Assembly (NCBI GenBank): GCA_965229935.1
Contig: CBDDKB010000002.1
Span: forward strand, 322,178 to 386,177
Length of the DNA: 64,000 nt
Direction: 5' to 3'
DNA from: Alphaproteobacteria bacterium
GTDB lineage: Bacteria; Pseudomonadota; Alphaproteobacteria; SPJN01
A program made the position numbers and the translations under genes. Positions 1-7,646 of this stretch are shown one piece after another. The notes under the pieces are model-generated. The model had not been told where the DNA came from and made no database searches. It saw only the letters and a list, made by a program, of their open reading frames with translations. Position 1 is the first letter of the stretch. Every line of letters begins with the position of its first letter.

Positions 1-2
1 GC

Positions 3-161
3 AATCTGTTGTTGGTAGCGATTGACGAAGACAAGTTGGGCGAGGACCTAAAGTGGGAGGTCAGTCGCGGTGGCGCGCTGTTCCCGCACTATTATGGGAC
101 GTTCAGCCCGGCCATTGCCGAATCTGTCACTCTGATCAAAGATATGACCCATGTTATCTAG
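3..161 (+). CDS. 3'-end (partial, runs off window start) of a DUF952-like protein; C-terminal ...LLVAIDEDKLGEDLKWEVSRGGALFPHYYGTFSPAIAESVTLIKDMTHVI*
   Basis: Frame-3 translation open from base 3 to TAG at 159-161. The SRGGALFPHxYG motif is the hallmark I associate with DUF952. Overlaps the pyrD start by 11 nt. No start codon in window. Confidence 0.4.
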   Translation, partial: NLLLVAIDEDKLGEDLKWEVSRGGALFPHYYGTFSPAIAESVTLIKDMTHVI

Positions 162-1194
162 TGTCGGGACAAAATTGGTGCGGATGCTGTCGCCTGAGGC
201 AGCGCATAAGGCAACGTTGCGCGCGCTGTCACTGGGGCTTGCGGGCAGGAGTAAAACACCGTCCGACCCGATCCTGAAGACGAACGTTTTCGGCATTCCC
301 TTTATGAACCCGGTCGGACTAGCTGCCGGGTTTGACAAGGATGCGCTGGTCCCGGACGCCATGTTGCGACTTGGCCTTGGCTTTGTAGAGGTGGGGACAC
401 TGACCCCCCTTGCGCAGCCCGGCAATCCCAAGCCGCGTATTTTCCGCCTGCCCGAAGATGGCGCGGTGATCAATCGGCTGGGCTTTAATAATGGCGGTCA
501 CGCGTCTGCATTGAAGCGGTTGGAACGGCGCGCCGGACGGCTTGGCATTGTTGGTGTGAATATCGGCGCCAATAAGGACTCTGATGATCGCATCAACGAT
601 TATGTGCTGGGGGTGGAGCGGTTTAAGCATCTGGCCGATTTTTTCACCGTCAATATTTCCAGCCCCAATACGCCGGGCCTGCGTGGCTTGCAAGACAAGG
701 ATCAGCTTGCTGCCCTGCTCGCGCTGACCGCAGATGCGCGCGGTGATGAGGGCCCACCGCTTTTGTTGAAGGTTGCGCCTGATTTGGATGAACAGGCGGT
801 GGCTGATATTGCGGACCTGCTGAAGCAAAGTGCGTTTGACGGGCTGATCGTCTCCAACACCACAATTGCGCGCCCTGACAGTTTGCAAAGCGCAGCAAGA
901 GCGGAGACGGGTGGTCTTTCGGGCAAGCCCTTGTTTGAGCCCAGCACACAAATGCTGCGCAACTTTTATCAGGCGCTTGATGGCGCCATGCCATTGGTTG
1001 GCGTTGGTGGCATCGCATCTGGCCAAGATGCCTATACCAAGATTAAGGCGGGCGCGTCGTTGGTGGAGCTTTATTCCGCTTTGACTTATGGCGGCCCGCC
1101 CCTGATTGACGAGATTATTGCCGACCTTGCCGCACTGTTGAAGGCCGATGGCTTTGCCAGCGTTTCAGATGCGGTCGGCGCCGATTTTAAATAG
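151..1194 (+). CDS. pyrD: dihydroorotate dehydrogenase (quinone), class 2
   Basis: 347 aa. N-terminal PEAAH helix, GFNNGG, NISSPNTPGLR and VSNTT motifs typical of membrane-associated PyrD. Confidence 0.9.
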   Translation: MLSSVGTKLVRMLSPEAAHKATLRALSLGLAGRSKTPSDPILKTNVFGIPFMNPVGLAAGFDKDALVPDAMLRLGLGFVEVGTLTPLAQPGNPKPRIFRLPEDGAVINRLGFNNGGHASALKRLERRAGRLGIVGVNIGANKDSDDRINDYVLGVERFKHLADFFTVNISSPNTPGLRGLQDKDQLAALLALTADARGDEGPPLLLKVAPDLDEQAVADIADLLKQSAFDGLIVSNTTIARPDSLQSAARAETGGLSGKPLFEPSTQMLRNFYQALDGAMPLVGVGGIASGQDAYTKIKAGASLVELYSALTYGGPPLIDEIIADLAALLKADGFASVSDAVGADFK

Positions 1195-1203
1195 GAGCCT
1201 GAC

Positions 1204-1551
1204 ATGAGCGACGTTACAATTCTTCATAATCCCCGCTGTTCAAAATCACGCCAGACTTTGGCGCTGTTGGAAGAACAGGGGATCACGCCCACAGTCCGGC
1301 TTTATCTTGACGATGCATTATCTGTTGCTGAGCTCAAAACACTTCAGGGGCAGCTTGGCTTTGATGATGTGCGCAAGATGATGCGCACCAAAGAGGACGA
1401 ATATAAAGAACAGGGCTTGGCAGACGCGGATGATGCTGCGCTTTTGGGTGCGATTGCTGCGACGCCTAAACTATTGGAACGGCCCGTTGTGATTAAGAAT
1501 GGGCAGGCGCGTTTGGGTCGCCCGCCGGAACAGGTTTTAGAGATTCTGTAA
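1204..1551 (+). CDS. ArsC/Spx-family protein (arsenate reductase-like, YffB type)
   Basis: 115 aa. N-terminal ILHNPRCSKSRQTLALLEE with a single Cys in the CxxS/R position typical of the ArsC/Spx thioredoxin-like family. SD-like GGAGCC upstream. Confidence 0.7.
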   Translation: MSDVTILHNPRCSKSRQTLALLEEQGITPTVRLYLDDALSVAELKTLQGQLGFDDVRKMMRTKEDEYKEQGLADADDAALLGAIAATPKLLERPVVIKNGQARLGRPPEQVLEIL

Positions 1552-2869
1552 TCGTCCGCTTGAGCCATAAGCCAAGCGACATCGCGCGCAATCCAAAAAA
1601 GATTGTGAAGGCCGCCCACAGGCCCTGATTGCCGTAATGCGGATCAAGCAGGGCCCACAGGCCGATATATCCCGCAAAACAGATCACCATGGCGTTGCGC
1701 ATGATGCGCGTGCCGCCAAGGCCGATATAAATACCATCAAGTTGGAAGCACCACAGGGTGACCAGCGGCATGATCACGGCCCAGTGCCACAGATCGGTTG
1801 TGGCGGCCTGTACCTCATCAACATTGGTCATCAGTGACAGGAATAGGTCGCGTCCGATCAACCATAATATGGCGATGATAACGCCAGCGCCGATTGCCCA
1901 GATAAAAGTGCGCCGAATGGCAAGGCGCAGCTTGGCTTCGTCGCGCTTGCCAATGGCCTGACCGATCAGGCTTTCTGCGGCAATGGCAAAGCCGTCCTGT
2001 CCGTGGGCGCTGATGGTCAGGACGTGCAGCATCAGGGCGTTGGCAGCCAGTACAATGTCGCCTGCCTTGGCGCCCTGAATGGTGATCCAGACAAAGGCGG
2101 TGGTTAGGAACATGGCGCGAATGAACAGGTCGCTATTGACGATGCCAACCTCGCGCCATTTCGCGGCGTCCCAAAATCCTGTGATTGTATCGTGACGCGG
2201 CAGATGGGGGATGCGGCCCCTGATCAAGATCAGGCCAAGGCCCAGCGTTGTCCATTCGGCAACAGTGCTGGCAATGCCCACGCCCCACACGCCCCAATCA
2301 AGTCCCATGACAAACCAAAAATCGAGCAGCATGTTAAACCCGTTGAGGAACAGTTGCAGGCCCAGTACGGCGCGGGTGCGGCCCTGTCCCATGAACCAGC
2401 CCAGAATGGCAAAGTTTGCTAATTGCGCTGGGGTGCCCCAAAAACGGGCGGTGATATAATCTTGGGCGAGCGCTTTGACAGGCGCACTGGCATCAACCGC
2501 GCGGTCGGCTATCGCCCAAATCAAATCCTGTGCAAGAAATAGGATGACACCGATGGTGATGCCCAGCAGCATGGCGCGGCCCAATTGGGCGATAACTTCG
2601 CCGCCATCATCAGCGCCAAGGGCGCGGGCGCTTAACCCCGCAGTGCCGGAACGTAAAAAGCCCAAGGCCCATACAACATAGGTAAAAACCAGTGCGCCAA
2701 CCGCAACGGCACCAATAGGTTCTGCCGTGCCCAGATGCCCGACAACGGCGGTATCGACCGCGCCCAGCAAAGGCACCATGGCATTGGACAGCAGGATCGG
2801 GCCTGCAATCCCGGCTATATGGCGATGGCTGACGTCAAGCGTGTGTGTTGTTGCGCTGGCCGTAGCCAT
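1493..2869 (-). CDS. MATE family multidrug/oligosaccharidyl-lipid efflux transporter
   Basis: 458 aa, 12 predicted TM segments, NorM/DinF-like repeats of hydrophobic helices. Stop lies 58 bp inside the convergent arsC-like gene. Confidence 0.8.
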   Translation of the reverse strand: MATASATTHTLDVSHRHIAGIAGPILLSNAMVPLLGAVDTAVVGHLGTAEPIGAVAVGALVFTYVVWALGFLRSGTAGLSARALGADDGGEVIAQLGRAMLLGITIGVILFLAQDLIWAIADRAVDASAPVKALAQDYITARFWGTPAQLANFAILGWFMGQGRTRAVLGLQLFLNGFNMLLDFWFVMGLDWGVWGVGIASTVAEWTTLGLGLILIRGRIPHLPRHDTITGFWDAAKWREVGIVNSDLFIRAMFLTTAFVWITIQGAKAGDIVLAANALMLHVLTISAHGQDGFAIAAESLIGQAIGKRDEAKLRLAIRRTFIWAIGAGVIIAILWLIGRDLFLSLMTNVDEVQAATTDLWHWAVIMPLVTLWCFQLDGIYIGLGGTRIMRNAMVICFAGYIGLWALLDPHYGNQGLWAAFTIFFGLRAMSLGLWLKRTITESLKPVPAGDPNAPAHS

Positions 2870-2874
2870 GTCTG

Positions 2875-3339
2875 TCAGCCAGCTTGCTGCATGGTCAGGA
2901 AATTGCCGATGCCGACGGCTGTCAGCTTGTCAGGGTCAGACTGCCAACATTCAACACGTACATTGGACAGACGCCGCCCCAGCTTTGACACGATGGCCCG
3001 ACCATAAAGCGGCTCAGCCCGGCCAGACCGCATATAATCAACCGTGATATTGACGGTGCGCGGCATAAATTGCGCCTGACCGATCCAGATCAGTTGCACA
3101 ATGGCAGTAATCTCCAAAAAACTGCCGATCACGCCGCCATGAATGGCGGGCAGTTGGGCATTGCCCACCAGATGATCCTGAAAGGGCAGGGTGGTCAGGA
3201 CGGTGCCATCCGCTTGCGGGTTGGTCTCAATGCCCAGAAATTTCAGATAGGGTAGGCTTTCAATCAATGCCTTGCCCGATCCGTCTTGGGGTGCGCCGCG
3301 TTCAAAATAATCAATCAGGTCTTGATGAAGGCTGCTCAT
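2875..3339 (-). CDS. PaaI/hotdog-fold thioesterase
   Basis: 154 aa. HGGVIGSFLE hotdog motif. 5 bp upstream of the MATE start, so same operon. Confidence 0.75.
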   Translation of the reverse strand: MSSLHQDLIDYFERGAPQDGSGKALIESLPYLKFLGIETNPQADGTVLTTLPFQDHLVGNAQLPAIHGGVIGSFLEITAIVQLIWIGQAQFMPRTVNITVDYMRSGRAEPLYGRAIVSKLGRRLSNVRVECWQSDPDKLTAVGIGNFLTMQQAG

Positions 3340-3842
3340 GACGCGTCCCCATCTTTTTTATTCATCATGTCGCCGATCATGCTGGCTGTCGTGTTGGCCC
3401 CGATGGGGTCAGTGCGATTGGCGGCAAGCATGAAGCTGCCCGCGCAATGGGCAATCGGTTTATCGGGACTATCCGTATAGGCAACCCCGCGCACAAAGGC
3501 GACGGCGCTGGTCAGCCTGTAACATTCCGTCTCACAGAAAATATCCTTCCCCGCCTCAGCCGGGCGCATATAGTCAATCCGCAGATCAATGGTGGCAATG
3601 GCCATCGGTTCGGGCAAGGCAGATATAACGGACGAACCGCAAACATTATCCAGCATGGCAGTAATCACCCCGCCATGAACGATCCCGGTATCAGGGTCAC
3701 CCACTAAATGGTCGGTATAGGGAACCTTTGCCGTAACCTTGCCCTTTTCGGCGCTGATGATGTGAATGCCAAGGGCGTTGGCAAACGGCACGTGGGAGAT
3801 CAGTTGCCCGGCAGCCTCTTCAATGACGGGGGGTTCGCTCAT
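3336..3842 (-). CDS. PaaI/hotdog-fold thioesterase (second paralog)
   Basis: HGGVITAMLD motif. ORF track extends to 3947, but an MSEPP start at 3842 gives a 168-aa protein of typical size. Overlaps the downstream paralog by 4 nt. Confidence 0.7.
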   Translation of the reverse strand: MSEPPVIEEAAGQLISHVPFANALGIHIISAEKGKVTAKVPYTDHLVGDPDTGIVHGGVITAMLDNVCGSSVISALPEPMAIATIDLRIDYMRPAEAGKDIFCETECYRLTSAVAFVRGVAYTDSPDKPIAHCAGSFMLAANRTDPIGANTTASMIGDMMNKKDGDAS

Positions 3843-3868
3843 AATCTTACTATCAATCAGTCTGAATT

Positions 3869-3885
3869 GTTGACGGGGCGTCAAC
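3869..3885. promoter_or_regulatory. 17-bp palindrome GTTGACGgggCGTCAAC in the divergent intergenic region between the thioesterase-MATE operon and tetR; candidate TetR operator
   Basis: Perfect 7-bp inverted repeat with 3-bp spacer read directly in the sequence, about 35 bp upstream of the tetR ATG (3920) and about 27 bp upstream of the thioesterase start (3842). Confidence 0.4.
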
Positions 3886-3919
3886 TTTGGTCCACATCTT
3901 ACGTGATACTCTTTATAAC

Positions 3920-4582
3920 ATGAAAGAATCGAAAGTGGCTGAGCCAAAACGTCTTAAAAAAGAAGAGCTTACCTCTTCTGCGACACAACCGGGCAAGCGT
4001 GAGCGGACAAAACAGGCGAATCGGGAAGCAATATTGCTCGCCGCCGCCAAGGTGTTCGCCGAGCTTGGCTACGGTGCCACAACTGTGCGCGACATTATCC
4101 GTCAAACGGATCTCGCCGCGGGAACATTCTATAATTACTTCAAAAGCAAGGAGGAGGTGTTCGAGGCACTGTCCGACCAATCCGCCTTGCGTGTGCGTCC
4201 CCGTTTGCGTGATGAACGTGTGAAGGCGCAAAATTTTGAAGATTTCATCATCGGTAGCTTCCGTACATTCTTTGAATATGCCGAAAGTGACCGCGACTAT
4301 TTCAATGTCATGCGTCGCAACACAGGTGCCTTGCGGGTGCGTATGGATACGCCAGAGATCGTTGCCGGATTTGATGAGCTGGAGCAGGATATTCGCGATG
4401 GTATCGCACAGGGGCTGTTGCCTGATGTTGATCCCAGCTATTTGACCGGGGCGATGATCGGCGTGGCGTTTGAAGTGTGTGACCGCATGCTGCAACGCAA
4501 CCCTATTGATGTGGACAATGCTGCCAAATTTGCCTCTGACCTATTTCTGGGCGGCTTGCGCAGCATGACGGGCAATTCCTAA
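3920..4582 (+). CDS. TetR/AcrR family transcriptional regulator
   Basis: N-terminal HTH TTVRDIIRQTDLAAGTFYNYFKSKEEVF. Start chosen at MKESKV (ATG 3920); the ORF track begins at 3887. Confidence 0.85.
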   Translation: MKESKVAEPKRLKKEELTSSATQPGKRERTKQANREAILLAAAKVFAELGYGATTVRDIIRQTDLAAGTFYNYFKSKEEVFEALSDQSALRVRPRLRDERVKAQNFEDFIIGSFRTFFEYAESDRDYFNVMRRNTGALRVRMDTPEIVAGFDELEQDIRDGIAQGLLPDVDPSYLTGAMIGVAFEVCDRMLQRNPIDVDNAAKFASDLFLGGLRSMTGNS

Positions 4583-4621
4583 ATCTTGAATAATCTAATT
4601 GTGGGGGAGGGCTGATCAATC

Positions 4622-5647
4622 ATGGCCTTTGTTACAAAACTTATTTTAATGTTGCCGGGCTTCATCCTGAATTGGTTCGCCGGTGGCAAGACTGTTATCC
4701 GTGACCGCGTGCTTGATCCGCGCATGAACTTCTTGTCATCAATGGCAAAGAAGATGGCAGCAAACGGACCCGCAAACCCAAGCGTGCAAGAACGGCGGGA
4801 GGCAGCCAATCAGGGCCTTGCCATGCTGGAAGGCAAACCCCGCAAGATGAAGGCGATTGAACATCGCACCATCCCCGGCCCTTTCGGGGAAACACCTATT
4901 CGCATTTATACACCCAATGGCGGGTCCGGCCCCTTGCCCCTGATGGTCTATTATCATCAGGGCGGTTGCGTTATCGGCAATCCGCAATGGTGCGAAACCT
5001 TCTGCACCTATATTGCTGATGAGGCAAAGGCCGTTGTCGTGTCGGTTGATTATCAAAAGGCACCGGAACATGTTTTCCCCGCCTCGTTCGAAGATGCGCT
5101 CAACGCCTATGACTGGGCCTATAACAATGCAGAAAGCCTTGGCGCAGATCAAACCCGCATGGGCATTGGCGGGGACAGCGCAGGGGGTAATCTGTCAGCA
5201 GCCATTACGCATGAGTTGAAGAAGCAAAATCGCGCCCAGCCATTGGTGCAATTGTTGGTCTATCCGTGGACCACAACCGTGCAGGAGCCGCCGTCACGTG
5301 AAGAGTTTGGTGCCTGCTATCCGCTCGACAAGCCGACAATGGATTTCTTTAAGGAACAATATTTGCCGGATGCTGAAACGATGGTGATGGATCACCGCTG
5401 CTCTCCCCTTGATGAGGATGATTGTTCAGGCCTTGCCCCCGCTGTGATTGCCACGGCAGGCTTTGACCCGATCAGTGATGAGGGCGAGCTATATGCTGAT
5501 AAGCTGAAGGCAGCAGGCGTGCCTGTTGAGTTCAAATGCTATACCAGCCTGTCTCACTCCTTCACCGCTATGTCCGGCGTGTTGCCCGCCGCAAAGCAGG
5601 CGATCACAGTGCTTGCCCAGCAGACTGCGGCGCGGCTGAATCAATGA
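4622..5647 (+). CDS. alpha/beta-hydrolase fold esterase/lipase (HSL/arylesterase family)
   Basis: HGGG-box equivalent YYHQGGCVIG and nucleophile elbow GDSAGGNL. Confidence 0.8.
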   Translation: MAFVTKLILMLPGFILNWFAGGKTVIRDRVLDPRMNFLSSMAKKMAANGPANPSVQERREAANQGLAMLEGKPRKMKAIEHRTIPGPFGETPIRIYTPNGGSGPLPLMVYYHQGGCVIGNPQWCETFCTYIADEAKAVVVSVDYQKAPEHVFPASFEDALNAYDWAYNNAESLGADQTRMGIGGDSAGGNLSAAITHELKKQNRAQPLVQLLVYPWTTTVQEPPSREEFGACYPLDKPTMDFFKEQYLPDAETMVMDHRCSPLDEDDCSGLAPAVIATAGFDPISDEGELYADKLKAAGVPVEFKCYTSLSHSFTAMSGVLPAAKQAITVLAQQTAARLNQ

Positions 5648-6639
5648 CCGACCCGATGATTCGCGCCGCCCAAGTTGCGGCGTTGAGTGAGGATTTCTCT
5701 ACCGTTCACATTGTCGATTTGCCGCTGGAAAATCCGGCAGCGGGCGACGTGCGCGTGACCATGAAGGCGGTGGCAATCAACTATCCTGATGTGTTGATGG
5801 TCAAGGGCGGTTATCAGTTCAAACCGCCATTGCCCTACATTGTTGGCATGGAAGGCAGCGGCATCATCAATGCAGTTGGCGCCGATGTTTCAGGCTGGCA
5901 AGTCGGGGATGAAGTGATTGTCGGTGGCCGCGCCGGTTTGATGGCGGAACAGCTTTGCGTGCCTGCGGCGGGCTTGCGAAAGAAGCCATCTGCCCTGAGT
6001 TTTGAGGAAGCTGCGGGCTATACCACCGTTGCCCTAACCGCCTATGTCGCGCTTGTGCCCCGTGGCCATTTGGAGGCGGGGGAGACCTTGCTGGTTCATG
6101 GTGCAGCAGGCGGCGTCGGGATTGCAGCGGTAGAGCTTGGCAAACATTTGGGTGCAACTGTGATCGCAACAGCATCATCAGAAGAAAAACGCGCCCTGTG
6201 CCTATCTAAAGGCGCAGACCATGTGCTTGACCCCGCTGTCGGGTTTCGTGATCAGGTGAAGGACTTGACCGATGGACGTGGCGCGGACGTGATCTATGAC
6301 CCCGTCGGCGGCGATGTGTTTGATGAATCGGTTCGCTGTATCAATTGGGGTGGCCGCCTGTTGGTGATCGGTTTTGCCGGGGGGCGTATCCCGTCAGTGT
6401 CAGCCAATATGCCCTTGATCAAGGGGTTTTCGGTTGTCGGTGTGCGGGCCGGGGAATATGGCCGCCGCAATCCTGAAAAGGGTGCTGCTGCCATGCAGGC
6501 CATTATGCAGTTGGCAGAACAGGGCGTGATCAGGCCGCCCGTCGGCGCCAGCTTTCCGCTTGATGACGCGGTTGGGGCATTGCGTAATCTTGATCAACGC
6601 CAAGCGTTGGGCAAAACGGTGGTAACGCTGAACGGTTAA
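5644..6639 (+). CDS. NADPH:quinone oxidoreductase / zinc-type MDR alcohol dehydrogenase family
   Basis: Start re-called at MTDPMIRAAQ (ATG 5644, overlapping the esterase stop as ATGA). GAAGGVG Rossmann motif. Paralogous to the 45422 gene. Confidence 0.8.
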   Translation: MTDPMIRAAQVAALSEDFSTVHIVDLPLENPAAGDVRVTMKAVAINYPDVLMVKGGYQFKPPLPYIVGMEGSGIINAVGADVSGWQVGDEVIVGGRAGLMAEQLCVPAAGLRKKPSALSFEEAAGYTTVALTAYVALVPRGHLEAGETLLVHGAAGGVGIAAVELGKHLGATVIATASSEEKRALCLSKGADHVLDPAVGFRDQVKDLTDGRGADVIYDPVGGDVFDESVRCINWGGRLLVIGFAGGRIPSVSANMPLIKGFSVVGVRAGEYGRRNPEKGAAAMQAIMQLAEQGVIRPPVGASFPLDDAVGALRNLDQRQALGKTVVTLNG

Positions 6640-7583
6640 AGCCAGCGCAGCCATTTCAGCAAAGTCAGGAACACAAAGATCAGTCCCGGCACCATCGCCA
6701 GAATGACCCAAAAGCCGTAATTGCTGTCCACCATCGGCATGCCGCCGACATTGATGCCGAACAGGCCTGTCAGAAGTGACGGGGGCAGCAACAGGATCGA
6801 CACCAGCGCCAGCATATACATGGTGCGATTCATCCGCTCATTCACATCTGCGATTAGGTCATCATGAATGACGGTTGTGCGTTCCTTCAACTCCTCCAAC
6901 ACCTCGACAATGCGGACAGTGTTTTGCGCCTGTTCGCGAATATGATCGCGGTGGGCATCGTCTAACCAATCGACCTTTAGTGCCGCAAGCTCAAACAGGG
7001 CATCGCGCTGTGGTGCCATATAACGGCGCAGCCCCGCAATGACATGACGGGTGGAGACGACCTGCTCGCGCAAATTGGATGGGCCGCCATCTTCGGCCTG
7101 TTCTTCAAGACCGTCGACCTTCACCTCCAACTCATCCACCAACTCACGCAGACGTTCGGTGAGGCCAGAGACAGTGTGGACAAGAAAGTCAGCGGCGGTT
7201 TGCGGACCCTTCCCCTCACTCAAATCCTGCCTTATGCCGTTGATGGTGCGCACGGGTCGCAATCGAACGGTAACAAGGGAGTCTTCTGTCAGCCAAAGGC
7301 GCAATCCAATCAAATCATGGGGGGCGTCGCCTTCATTGGTGTTGGCACCGCGCAATACAATCAAAGCATGACCGTCAACCAGATCGGCACGGGGGCGGGC
7401 GGCATCCTCGACCATTACAGGCACATAAAGTGGCGGCAGCTCAGCCTCGTCCTTCAGCCAGCTGCGCAGATTGTCGTGTCCCCGTTCAAGATGAACCCAA
7501 TGGGGGCCGCTATTATTCAGCGGGCCTGCATAGATCAAACCATGATCCTCAGGGGGTAGGGGGGTTGACGATGTAATTGCCAT
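6636..7583 (-). CDS. CorA-family divalent cation transporter (ZntB-like)
   Basis: 315 aa. Long acidic cytoplasmic domain followed by 2 C-terminal TM helices with GINVGGMP (GMN-like) loop and C-terminal KWLRWL. Confidence 0.6.
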   Translation of the reverse strand: MAITSSTPLPPEDHGLIYAGPLNNSGPHWVHLERGHDNLRSWLKDEAELPPLYVPVMVEDAARPRADLVDGHALIVLRGANTNEGDAPHDLIGLRLWLTEDSLVTVRLRPVRTINGIRQDLSEGKGPQTAADFLVHTVSGLTERLRELVDELEVKVDGLEEQAEDGGPSNLREQVVSTRHVIAGLRRYMAPQRDALFELAALKVDWLDDAHRDHIREQAQNTVRIVEVLEELKERTTVIHDDLIADVNERMNRTMYMLALVSILLLPPSLLTGLFGINVGGMPMVDSNYGFWVILAMVPGLIFVFLTLLKWLRWL

Positions 7584-7646
7584 GCCTGTTTCCTTTTGGG
7601 CGCTTCCGGTTTGTGCGGATTTTTCGGTGCGCCGACGCGCAGCCTC

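Noticed and set aside
319-1026. Long antisense ORFs inside well-supported genes (for example 319-1026 minus in pyrD, 41857-42684 minus in maeB, 59174-59743 and 60152-61006 minus in the FtsX-like permease, 19070-19489 plus in ftsX)
   Set aside because: These are typical high-GC shadow ORFs. Their products are Arg/Pro/Ala-rich low-complexity, they have no motifs, and they fully overlap genes with clear homology signals.
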